Origin: a virus
Taxonomy: Duplodnaviria; Caudoviricetes
IMG/VR virus record: IMGVR_UViG_3300032305_001973
Location: 1-61,613 of that record
Strand: one strand, 5' to 3'
DNA length: 61,613 nucleotides
Under the pieces are notes generated by a model. That model was not told where the DNA came from. It worked only from the letters and a program-made list of their open reading frames with translations, and ran no database searches. Of the stretch, positions 1-7,805 are shown in pieces; the stretch's first letter is position 1, and every line of letters starts with the position of its first letter. Position numbers and translations under genes: made by a program.

Positions 1-643
1 GGCTGCGGCGGTAGGGGATCAACCCCTCGCCCTGGGCCTCGATGTCGTCGGGGCCGAGGAAGAACCCATCGAACTCATCAGCGGCGCTTACACGTTGTCC
101 CGGCTTGCGGAGGCGTACCAGGCCTACACTCACCCGCGTGGGGCGCTCGGCGGTGGTGAAGCATTCGCCTAGGGATTCGCGGCTGCCGTAGGCGTTGATC
201 AGGTGGGCTAGCTGTTTCTGCAGACCTTTGGGGCCGCGCTGGGTAAGGCGATGCACGTACTCATCGCAGATCGTGTTCCAGTTGCACAAGGCCACGATCT
301 CGCAGCCGGGCGGGGCGATCTGCCAGGCGTGGAGAATGTGGGCCTCGTCCGCCGAGAAGGGCGGGTTCATCACGATCAGATCGATGTGACTGACCGGGGC
401 CGCTTCCAGCTTGAGGAAGTCGGGACTGATGCAGTAGCCACCGCGCTGCGTTGTCAGCAGGTCTAGCAGTTGCGGCTCGGTTTCACACCACAGCACCTCG
501 GCAGCGCCACGGTTCAGGCACTCGCGCACCAGGTTCCCACTGCCGGCGCTGGGCTCCAGGATCGTCTTGCCCCGTAGGTCAAGGCAATCGAGCATGGTGG
601 CCGCTACTTCGGGCGGGGTGGGGTAGAAATCAGGGTTGAACAT
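1..643 (-). CDS. N6-adenine DNA methyltransferase-like protein (DUF4942-type), 3' end runs off the window
   Basis: Not in the ORF track because it has no stop in the window. My translation from ATG at 643 is MFNPDFYPTPPEVAATMLDCLDLRGKTILEPSAGSGNLV...IDLIVMNPPFS, with FYPTP, motif I (LEPSAGxG) and motif IV (NPPF). Confidence 0.85.
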   Translation of the reverse strand, partial: MFNPDFYPTPPEVAATMLDCLDLRGKTILEPSAGSGNLVRECLNRGAAEVLWCETEPQLLDLLTTQRGGYCISPDFLKLEAAPVSHIDLIVMNPPFSADEAHILHAWQIAPPGCEIVALCNWNTICDEYVHRLTQRGPKGLQKQLAHLINAYGSRESLGECFTTAERPTRVSVGLVRLRKPGQRVSAADEFDGFFLGPDDIEAQGEGLIPYRRS

Positions 644-646
644 TGC

Positions 647-1786
647 TCAAACCTCAGACCAGTCAACCCGAACCGCCGAGTGCAGCGTCCCATCGGCGAT
701 AGCACGGGCAGCGGTGCCGGGGTCCATGGTGGTGAGGGTTGCGGTAAGGGCAGTCACAAGGCCATCCCGGCGCTGCTGCTTGGCCTCCTCAGCTTTGGCA
801 GCCGCCTCCCTCAGTTGCGCCTCCATCTCGGCTTGCTGCTTGACGCGAGCCTCTTCCCGAGCGGCTGCCTCCTCAGCCCGGCGCTCCGCCTCTTCCTGCG
901 CAAGGCGGGCCGCCTCTACCTGGGCCAGGGCCTGGGCTTCGCGGGCGGCGATTGCTTCCCGTTCCTTGCGTGCCTGCTCCTCAGTAGCAAGACGCTGGCG
1001 CTCGGTTTCAGCTTCACGGGCCAGGCGATCGGCCTCCACTGCCTCTCGTTGAAGCTGCGCGATGCGGTCGGCCTCCTCGCGGGCCGCCTTCTCGGCGCGT
1101 AGAGCCTCCAGCTCTATGCGCTCCGCTTCCTGGGCAGCCAGGGTGTCGTGCAGGATCTGCAGCCGCTCTAGGGCCTCAGCGCAACGGTTGGCGCCAGCCT
1201 CGCTGAACTCCTCCAGCGTGGTGGGGTCGATCGTGCCCAGCTCTGCCAAGCGGGCGGAAGCGTCAAGGGCGGTTTCAACCCCTTCGGTAAGCGCAGCAAT
1301 GCGATCCAGGACAGCCCGGTGCGCTTCGATGCGGGCCTCTTCCCGAGCCTCAATCGCCTTGATGGCCGTTTCATGCGGCTCGATCAGGCCCTGAACGGCT
1401 GCTTCCAGCGTCTTGGCGGTTTCGTCAACCGTCTTGCCGCGCTGCAGGTGAACCGCCTTGGCGTCCTTCCGGGCGCGTTCGATCTTGCCCTTGAGCTGAC
1501 GCAGCTCGTAAACCCAGGAGCGAGCCTGCTTGTTGTCCCACTTGTCGTCGTAGTCAAAAACCTTGCCGGGGGCATCTCCCTCGGCGATGGCGATGTCGCA
1601 GGCGATGGCTTCCCATCGGCTGATCGCCTGCGCTTCGGCTGCCGGAACGATGGCGGCCTGGGGGGCGGCGGGGGCTTCCGTGGCGGCTGGGGCCTCGGTG
1701 GGCAGCACCTCTGCGGTGACGGCTGGGGGTGCTGCGGTGGCGGCCTTAGCGGTTTTGGCTCTGGCCTTGGTGGAGGTGGCGGTCAT
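647..1786 (-). CDS. Coiled-coil phage protein of unknown function
   Basis: Long ORF, likely start MTATSTK. Ala/Pro-rich N-terminus followed by Glu/Ala/Arg-rich helical heptads. Confidence 0.75.
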   Translation of the reverse strand: MTATSTKARAKTAKAATAAPPAVTAEVLPTEAPAATEAPAAPQAAIVPAAEAQAISRWEAIACDIAIAEGDAPGKVFDYDDKWDNKQARSWVYELRQLKGKIERARKDAKAVHLQRGKTVDETAKTLEAAVQGLIEPHETAIKAIEAREEARIEAHRAVLDRIAALTEGVETALDASARLAELGTIDPTTLEEFSEAGANRCAEALERLQILHDTLAAQEAERIELEALRAEKAAREEADRIAQLQREAVEADRLAREAETERQRLATEEQARKEREAIAAREAQALAQVEAARLAQEEAERRAEEAAAREEARVKQQAEMEAQLREAAAKAEEAKQQRRDGLVTALTATLTTMDPGTAARAIADGTLHSAVRVDWSEV

Positions 1787-1878
1787 GTGGTGGTGATCGT
1801 TTCGGAACGACCTACGTACGATACCATTATGAAACCGCAACGGCTTAGACCAGCGGCCATTCATCACGAAACACCACC

Positions 1879-2514
1879 ATGGCGACCAGCACCAAGGCCC
1901 CCGAGGAGGCCATCAGTATCAAGGCGCCGGATTTCCGGTTCCTGGAGATCAACATCAAGGGCACTTCGCCTTTGGTGGTCAACCGGTTCAGCGCCAAGGC
2001 CATCGAGATGATGCGGGCCACACAGGAAGCGGGCAGCACCGCCAAGGCAAAGAAGGTGCGCGAACCGAAAGATTTCGATGCCTTGTTTGAGAACGCCAAA
2101 CACGTCTCAAACGACGGCTGGGAGGGGATCCACGCTGCCGCCTTCCGCAATGGCGCCATCAGCGCCTGCCGGGCCGTTGGCTACAAGATGACCCACGCAA
2201 AGCTCGCGTTCTGCGTGCTGCAGGATGGCTTCGACCGGGTAGATGGTGTCCCGCTGGTGCGCCTTTCCGAGGGAGTAGCTGAGCAGTGGGTGGCCCCAAC
2301 CCGGAACGCTACGGGCGTGGCTGATCTGCGCTGCCGCCCGATGTATCGGGAATGGGCTGCCGTGTTGCGCATCCGGTATGACGCAGGGATGCTCAGCTCC
2401 AGCGATGTGGTGAACCTGATCAGCCGCGTGGGGCTCCAGGTCGGCATTGGCGAAGGGCGCCCCGATAGCAAGGCCAGTGCAGGCTTAGGCTTTGGCCTCT
2501 TTGAAATTATCTGA
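1879..2514 (+). CDS. Stand-alone Cas7/RAMP-like (RRM-fold) protein, locus 1
   Basis: N-terminal strand INIKGTSPL, the helix motif IHAAAFRNGAISA, RPMYREW, and a C-terminal Gly-rich loop VGIGEGRP...GFGLF. This order matches Cas7/Csm3-group RAMPs. No other cas genes nearby. Confidence 0.75.
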   Translation: MATSTKAPEEAISIKAPDFRFLEINIKGTSPLVVNRFSAKAIEMMRATQEAGSTAKAKKVREPKDFDALFENAKHVSNDGWEGIHAAAFRNGAISACRAVGYKMTHAKLAFCVLQDGFDRVDGVPLVRLSEGVAEQWVAPTRNATGVADLRCRPMYREWAAVLRIRYDAGMLSSSDVVNLISRVGLQVGIGEGRPDSKASAGLGFGLFEII

Positions 2515-2528
2515 CAATCGGATTACGT

Positions 2529-3490
2529 GGGCCATGGTTGCGTCTGCTGCCATGGCCTGGGCTAGGCAACGAGCGAAGTGGCAAGGGTTCGCAGGTATGG
2601 TGCGGAAGGCGTGTCCGGGGCTCGCAAGGTTGACGCGGCAGGCATGGCCCGGTCAGGTCGGAACGGCCAAGCCGGGAGGGCGTGGCAGGCACGGAATGGC
2701 AGGGGAGGTCAACCATGGTCGGGCCGGGAACGGCAGGCATGGCTTCGAGGGGCTTGGCGAGATCTGGACTGGAAGGGCACGGCAGGCATGGCTTCGGAAG
2801 GCACGGCCAGGCCAGTTCTGGCAGGCAAGGCGTGGTCAAGCGTGGAAGGTCAAGCACGGCTGGCTAGGCGAGATGGGCGATGCGGAGCGAGGTAAGGCAC
2901 GGCACGGCTGGCTAGGTGTGGTCGGGCTAGGGCAAGGCACGGCTGGCAAGGCCTCGTGGGCACCACTGGCGGGGCATGGCAGGCGAGGTAACAAGGGCAT
3001 GGCTGGGTCTGGTGTGGCAGGGTGCTGCAGGCATCGCTAGGTGCGGAAGGACAGGTTCGGCAGGCAAGGCAGTGGTGGCAGGGCCAGGACCGGACTGGCA
3101 GGCGTGGCAGCGACGGCAGGATCAGGCTGGGAACGGCAGGCACGGTGTGGCGAGGTCAGGAGCGATCGAGGCACGGCATCGGACGGCAGGCATGGCCAGG
3201 AAGGCAGGGATCGGCAGGCAAGGAAAGGCGTGACCTGGACAGGCGTGGCTGGCAAGGCGAGATCTGGCGCGGAACGTCTGGTGAGGCACGGCAGGCATGG
3301 CACGGTCTGGATGGGTAGGGCACGGCAGGACTGGCTAGGAAGGTCTGGCGGTGTACGCCGTCGCAGGCTCGGCGCGGCCCGGCAAAGCGCGGCATGGAAG
3401 GGCACGGCAGGCAAGGCAAGGAACGATCGAGGATCGGTCGGGCGTGGCGCTGCTGGCCTCGCTTGTTGGCGCAAGGCACCGCACGATGCG
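2529..3490 (+). repeat. About 1 kb pentamer-periodic GGY-NN array (about 20 units separated by a 4-nt GGCA/GGCT); putative guide-RNA array
   Basis: Example: GGCA|GGCAT GGCAC GGTCT GGATG GGTAG GGCAC GGCA|. It starts about 15 nt after the RAMP stop. Overlapping ORFs in all frames are low-complexity G/R/A/W artefacts. Confidence 0.9.
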
Positions 3491-3526
3491 GCTCAGCTTG
3501 CGTGTTGCGGTTGCCAAATGGCAGCA

Positions 3527-3556
3527 GAATGGGGGTCCGAATGGGCCTCCTCATTC
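3527..3556 (+). other. Stem-loop closing array 1
   Basis: GAATG-GGGGTCC-GAAT-GGGCCTCCT-CATTC is an imperfect inverted repeat just before the next ATG. Confidence 0.5.
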
Positions 3557-3571
3557 CTATCCCCTGAACAC

Positions 3572-4129
3572 ATGGATTTTATCAAGGCTGAACCTGAGTA
3601 CGTCTTCCGAATTGAGGATGGCGAGGAAGCGATGGGCGTCGATGCCCAGACCGCTGGCAGCGAGCTAGACCGCATCCGGCGGCGTGATGGCACGATCCGC
3701 CCTGCTGCGGTGGTTGACGAGGCCAGACCGGAGGAGGCACCGCTGCATCCGGCGTTTGAGTGGCGCGATCCGGTGGCGGCTGAGCAATGGCGCGAGCATC
3801 AGGCCAGCACGCTGATCAAGGTGGTGCGGGTGGTGCCTGCTGCTCCGCAAGAGCCTCGCGTGGCATCGGTGCGGCCTGTCACCCAGGCGGCTGCCCCGGT
3901 GGTGGAGCGCTTCGACCCGATGGCCAAGGAGGTGCTTGAGGCCGTGGGCCTGGTGGTGGAGGCCCGCCGCAAGGTTGAGGAGCTGAAACTGCGCACCCAG
4001 CGGATGGGCGATCGAAAATCGATGGCCGTGCTGGGAGTGGCGTTCAAGATGCTCGATGAAGCCCACGAAGCGCTCGCAAACTGTCAGGTCAGCAGCACAT
4101 GGGAGCGAGAACTACAGCGGGCCCGGTGA
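3572..4129 (+). CDS. Partner protein of RAMP locus 1 (AVVDEAR-PLHPAFEW-AAEQWR motif)
   Basis: The real start is MDFIKAEPE at 3572; the upstream part of track ORF 3041..4129 is array sequence. Normal amino-acid composition, followed by a terminator. Confidence 0.8.
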   Translation: MDFIKAEPEYVFRIEDGEEAMGVDAQTAGSELDRIRRRDGTIRPAAVVDEARPEEAPLHPAFEWRDPVAAEQWREHQASTLIKVVRVVPAAPQEPRVASVRPVTQAAAPVVERFDPMAKEVLEAVGLVVEARRKVEELKLRTQRMGDRKSMAVLGVAFKMLDEAHEALANCQVSSTWERELQRAR

Positions 4130-4146
4130 GACTCGTGCAGAGATCG

Positions 4147-4172
4147 AGGGGGCCGTGGTTGGCCCCTTTTTT
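4147..4172 (+). terminator. Intrinsic terminator ending locus 1
   Basis: AGGGGGCC-GTGGTT-GGCCCCT followed by a T-run. Confidence 0.8.
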
Positions 4173-4198
4173 ATGAGCGGCTCAACTGTGACCGGGGT

Positions 4199-4474
4199 TC
4201 AGAGGTGATCGCTAGCCCGCTCCATCCACGCCTCGGCGTATGCCTGCACCTCGGCCAGCTTGCGGAACATCTCAGCCCGCTCGTCTCGGGCCTGCTGCCA
4301 GGCGGCATCACCCTGGGGGTAGAAGTCGCGGGCGTTGCAGGTGGCGGCCTGAAGTGCATCGCTGGCCCTGTCGATGGCCTGGTAGACGGCGTGGTACTCA
4401 TCGGCTAGGGACTTGGCCCCGGTGCCGTTCAGGTGGATCGTGGGCAGGGCGTAGGCGGTGGTGGTGGCGGGCAT
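4199..4474 (-). CDS. Small early phage protein
   Basis: 91-aa ORF (PTIHLNGTG...RDFYPQG) preceded by the ACC-rich leader cassette. Confidence 0.75.
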   Translation of the reverse strand: MPATTTAYALPTIHLNGTGAKSLADEYHAVYQAIDRASDALQAATCNARDFYPQGDAAWQQARDERAEMFRKLAEVQAYAEAWMERASDHL

Positions 4475-4522
4475 GGGTCGGAGGCGGTGGGGTGGTGGTG
4501 TGGTTGCCGGATGAGGCAGTGG

Positions 4523-4669
4523 TCAGGCGTAAGGGCAGTCAGGGTTGCCGGTTGGCTTGTAGCCAAGCTCGGCTGCGCAGCGGGCTAGGCGCTGATCCAG
4601 CTCGCGATTGGCGCGAGCCCCGAGGGCCTTCATTTGAGCTTCGATCTTGGCAAGTTCGGCGGTGGTCAT
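4523..4669 (-). CDS. 48-aa hypothetical protein
   Basis: My translation is MTTAELAKIEAQMKALGARANRELDQRLARCAAELGYKPTGNPDCPYA*. It fills the space between two leader cassettes. Confidence 0.6.
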   Translation of the reverse strand: MTTAELAKIEAQMKALGARANRELDQRLARCAAELGYKPTGNPDCPYA

Positions 4670-4726
4670 GGCGGTCGGTGGGGTGGTGGTGTGGTTGCCG
4701 GGATGGGCTCCGGCGGGCCGTGGGGG

Positions 4727-5017
4727 TTAGGCGGCCATGGGGTGAAGGCTGGTGCCGCCGGTGAAGTGGATGCGAATGCATCTGCCCATGGTCCAGCCAA
4801 AGGCGCGGCTGTAGGAAGGGATGCTGTCGTCGTCAGCGGGCAGCGAGTTGATCATTTGCTGGCGCACCGCGTCGTTGTCCATTGCGGTAGCTAGCAGGGC
4901 TGCCTTGGTCTTGCGAGCTGTGTAACCGGCCAGAACTAAGCCCCCATTGATGGTGACAGCTACTTCGTAACCGGTAGGGCGGTTGTGGGTGGATCCGTGG
5001 GCGAGGGCGGAGATCAT
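4727..5017 (-). CDS. Hypothetical protein
   Basis: 96-aa ORF downstream of the duplicated promoter block and CCACC leader. Confidence 0.65.
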   Translation of the reverse strand: MISALAHGSTHNRPTGYEVAVTINGGLVLAGYTARKTKAALLATAMDNDAVRQQMINSLPADDDSIPSYSRAFGWTMGRCIRIHFTGGTSLHPMAA

Positions 5018-5107
5018 GGCTGGTGGTGGGTGGTGGTGGGATCTCTCCCCCCGGTCACCATACTGTAACCCATGCGTGACGGCATGGGAGGGACAGTGCT
5101 GGCCGGT

Positions 5108-5344
5108 TCACGAATTGTCATCAGCCAGCCGCCGCCGGGCTCTGCTCCGCCGCACCCGCTCCGCCACATCGGCCCGGCCCTCGGGGGTGAGCCTGAGCCA
5201 GCAGCGCTGGCACCACGGGTCGTGCTTGCCGGTGTGGAGGGTGCCGCAGGCCTGGCAGGGCACGCGCACCACCGGGGGCAGCCGCTCTGCCTGCCGTTCG
5301 CGGTAGCGGCGGCTGCGATCGGCGGCGGTGGGGTCAGTAGGCAT
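5108..5344 (-). CDS. Small Cys-rich (CxxC...CxxC) basic protein
   Basis: MPTDPTAADRSRRYRERQ...CQACG...WCQRCW. Confidence 0.6.
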   Translation of the reverse strand: MPTDPTAADRSRRYRERQAERLPPVVRVPCQACGTLHTGKHDPWCQRCWLRLTPEGRADVAERVRRSRARRRLADDNS

Positions 5345-5516
5345 GGGCACCATTCTCCGGCAGGAGCCGCACCATGGCCCACCAGAGACGGGAGGACTGA
5401 GCCTCCCAGCACACCTGGCAGACGGTGCCGGTGGCGTTGTCGGGCCAGCGCTCGGCGGGGTCAGGGATCGGCTCGGAGCAGGCGGAACAGGAGGGGATGG
5501 CGGTGGGGTCAGGCAT
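5334..5516 (-). CDS. Small Zn-finger-like protein
   Basis: CSAC...CQVCW; overlaps both neighbours as in an operon. Confidence 0.5.
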   Translation of the reverse strand: MPDPTAIPSCSACSEPIPDPAERWPDNATGTVCQVCWEAQSSRLWWAMVRLLPENGAHAY

Positions 5517-5715
5517 CCTGCACCCGAGCAACACGCAGGCTGCCGCCGCACAACCGGGCAGCTTGATCACGCAGCTGCATTGCTTCGGCGCGGCTTTGGA
5601 ACTGATCGGCAAGGGTCAGGCCGCAGAATTCAGGCATTTTGCTGTTGTCGTTTACGCGGATGCCGAACCCCCAGCGGTTGCCGTCGTGGGCTTCAACTCG
5701 GTAGGTGGTGGTCAT
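5509..5715 (-). CDS. Hypothetical protein
   Basis: 68-aa ORF after a leader cassette. Confidence 0.55.
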   Translation of the reverse strand: MTTTYRVEAHDGNRWGFGIRVNDNSKMPEFCGLTLADQFQSRAEAMQLRDQAARLCGGSLRVARVQDA

Positions 5716-5770
5716 GTCTGTTGATGCAGTGAGGATGGTTTGCCGGATAGGCTCTGGCGGGCCGCGGGGG

Positions 5771-5932
5771 TCAGGCGGTTTTGATGTGGAAGCCCCGAGC
5801 GATCTCTTTAAGTTCGGCTTCAGTGCGGAAAATCAGCATGAGCCAAAAATCTCCGGTGACTTCTAAATTGTTGGCCTTGATGGCGTTCATGATGTTGTGG
5901 CGGAGGGCTTGCTTGCGCTGGGTTGCGGTCAT
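5771..5932 (-). CDS. 53-aa hypothetical protein
   Basis: MTATQRKQALRHNIMNAIK..., after the second copy of the promoter block. Confidence 0.6.
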   Translation of the reverse strand: MTATQRKQALRHNIMNAIKANNLEVTGDFWLMLIFRTEAELKEIARGFHIKTA

Positions 5933-6036
5933 GGCTGGTGGTGGGTGGTGGAAGCTTTCGCTCCCGATGCACATACTGTAACCCACGCGTGACGGTCTGC
6001 CCCACCCATCGGTGGCCAGTTCACGAATCGTCGCAA

Positions 6037-6225
6037 TCAGGCCAGCAGCTTGACCACCCGATGGCGAGAGCACCCCAGCCGGCGGGCGATCTCGCGCTGA
6101 CTGACCCCAGAGCGGCGCCACCGGCGGGCCCGGTCGCGTTTGGTTTCGAGTGCCCAGGCAATAGCAACCAGGACGATCAGCAGAGGCGTCAGCACCCACA
6201 GCAGGGCGCAGGAAATGGTGGTCGT
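6037..6225 (-). CDS. Membrane-anchored HTH protein with no canonical start (ACG in the start position)
   Basis: (T)TTISCALLWVLTPLLIVLVAIAWALETKRDRARRWRRSGVSQREIARRLGCSRHRVVKLLA*, a TM helix plus an HTH. Confidence 0.5.
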   Translation of the reverse strand, partial: TTTISCALLWVLTPLLIVLVAIAWALETKRDRARRWRRSGVSQREIARRLGCSRHRVVKLLA

Positions 6226-6421
6226 CGGTTCGGTGGTGGTAGAACCAACCGGGGCACTCAGGCCTCACCGGTCAGTTGGAAATGGTGTGCCGGATCTCTC
6301 CGACTCGCACATCATAACCCCTGTGGCAGCGATCAAGGCTGGTATGATGCAAGAGCAGCGGGGTGGTTCCTGCTGTTCAGGCCGGTCGGCCTGGTGGTGA
6401 GCGAAGCCCTTGGCGTGATCG

Positions 6422-6853
6422 TCAGGGGCTTTGCTTTTGGAGCGGGATCAGGGTGATCAATGCCCCCGGTTTCTCCAGCCCCACGCAGTAGCGCTTCTGC
6501 CAGGTGCAGCTCACGATGCGAGCGTCATCCTCCAGCAGGGAACCCGTGAGGCCGTCTTCGGTGCTTCTGAGCAACTTGGACCCGTCAGGCTTGACAGCGT
6601 GATGCTCGGGGGCTGAGGCCCGCAGGATGCCCTTCGGCGTGTAGTGGCCCTTCGGCCGCAGGAACAAGAACACCACCGACATAGAAACGGGCCCCCGGAT
6701 GATCGGGAGCCCGGTGGCAATGGCGGCGCTGGTGACTAGGGCCCGCCAGGGTTTGACGTTGCGGCAGGATTCAATCATCACCCCCTTGCCAAGGTGACGC
6801 TTGCTCCCTTGCGGTGCCGGCGCCATGCCCTCGACTCGGAAGGTGTAGGCCAC
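6422..6853 (-). CDS. rusA: RusA-family Holliday junction resolvase
   Basis: PAPQGSKR, GPVSMSVVFLFLRPKGH, KPDGSKLLRSTED..., DDARIV. Confidence 0.85.
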   Translation of the reverse strand: MAYTFRVEGMAPAPQGSKRHLGKGVMIESCRNVKPWRALVTSAAIATGLPIIRGPVSMSVVFLFLRPKGHYTPKGILRASAPEHHAVKPDGSKLLRSTEDGLTGSLLEDDARIVSCTWQKRYCVGLEKPGALITLIPLQKQSP

Positions 6854-7506
6854 TAGAACGGCGCCTCCTCATCCGATGGGGGGCCACCCCAGCCACCACC
6901 CGCTTCGGCATCCCGTCTGCTGCCCAACAGATCAAGGCGATCCACACGAATCACGGGTTTAGATCTCTCCTCCCCGGTGCTGCGATCGGTCCACAGCTCC
7001 AGCTTGAATGATCCGGTGATACCCAGCAGGGAGCCCTTCCGCACGTAGTCGGCAGCGATCTGGGCTTGCTTACCCCAGACCTCTAGGTTGAACCAGTCGG
7101 CTTCATCGCGGCTCATGCGATTGACGGCCAGGGAGAGATTAGCCACCATGCTGCCGGATTCAAAGTAGCGGACTTCGGGATCACGACCGGCACGACCCAC
7201 AAGGCTCACGATGTTGATGCTTGGCGCGCTTAGCGGGGTGACCGCATGGAATGAACTAATCTGCAGCTCTGGGGGTCGGTTCTTCTCGATGCGGAGGCGT
7301 CCGGTCAGCACGTAATGCTTGCCTAGCTTGATGCCTGCTCCAGCTTCTTCGGCGAGGTTTCCCCATGCCGTGACTTGCAAGGCCATGGGGGGATCGTTGT
7401 CGCGGTATGCGGCGACCTCAACCGGGAAGGTAGCGATCTGCTTGTCGCCAGCGGCTTTGATCGTGGGAGCTGCCTTGACGAGGGCCAGCAGGGTGAGGTT
7501 GTTCAT
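6853..7506 (-). CDS. ssb: Single-stranded DNA-binding protein with two tandem OB folds
   Basis: C-terminal half INIVSLVGRAGRDPEVRYFESG...WFNLEVWGKQAQIAADYVRKGS and acidic tail DEEAPF. The N-terminal half is a diverged second SSB domain (VTAWGNLAE...VLTGRL). Confidence 0.9.
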   Translation of the reverse strand: MNNLTLLALVKAAPTIKAAGDKQIATFPVEVAAYRDNDPPMALQVTAWGNLAEEAGAGIKLGKHYVLTGRLRIEKNRPPELQISSFHAVTPLSAPSINIVSLVGRAGRDPEVRYFESGSMVANLSLAVNRMSRDEADWFNLEVWGKQAQIAADYVRKGSLLGITGSFKLELWTDRSTGEERSKPVIRVDRLDLLGSRRDAEAGGGWGGPPSDEEAPF

Positions 7507-7557
7507 CGGATGTGGGGTTAGTAGAGGTTGCCGGGTTGGCCCCGGCGGGCCGTGAGG

Positions 7558-7767
7558 TCAGGCAACAAGAAGCGCATTTATTGAGTTATATGGCATCTTA
7601 AATTCTACAATTCCCTCCTTTTTCATTTCGTTTACGATTGCTTCGGGAATAGGAATGGTTACTGTTTGCCTATAGGCTATTCGTGGCTCTGAAAGCCACC
7701 ATCCTGTCCCGCGATTAGTTAGGTCCCATCCTTGCTTGAGTCGTTGCACGATGTCTGCTTTTTCCAT
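7558..7767 (-). CDS. AT-rich small hypothetical protein
   Basis: MEKADIVQRLKQGWDL...; GC content is lower than the flanks. Confidence 0.55.
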   Translation of the reverse strand: MEKADIVQRLKQGWDLTNRGTGWWLSEPRIAYRQTVTIPIPEAIVNEMKKEGIVEFKMPYNSINALLVA

Positions 7768-7805
7768 GGTTGTGTTTGTTACAAAGGTGAGCGGGAAAGA
7801 ATTGA

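Noticed and set aside
2529-3490. Array 1 as a CRISPR array, simple microsatellite or G-quadruplex tract
   Set aside because: There are no 25-45-nt identical repeats with spacers, and the units are non-identical with phase-specific conservation. Two-tier G4 folding cannot be excluded, but it would not explain the C-rich array beside the second RAMP.
2492-3554. Many overlapping ORFs across array 1, including the first 177 codons of 3041..4129
   Set aside because: They are low-complexity G/R/A/W or P/C/L translations in all frames, caused by a stop-poor 5-nt repeat; a period of 5 is hard to reconcile with codon structure.
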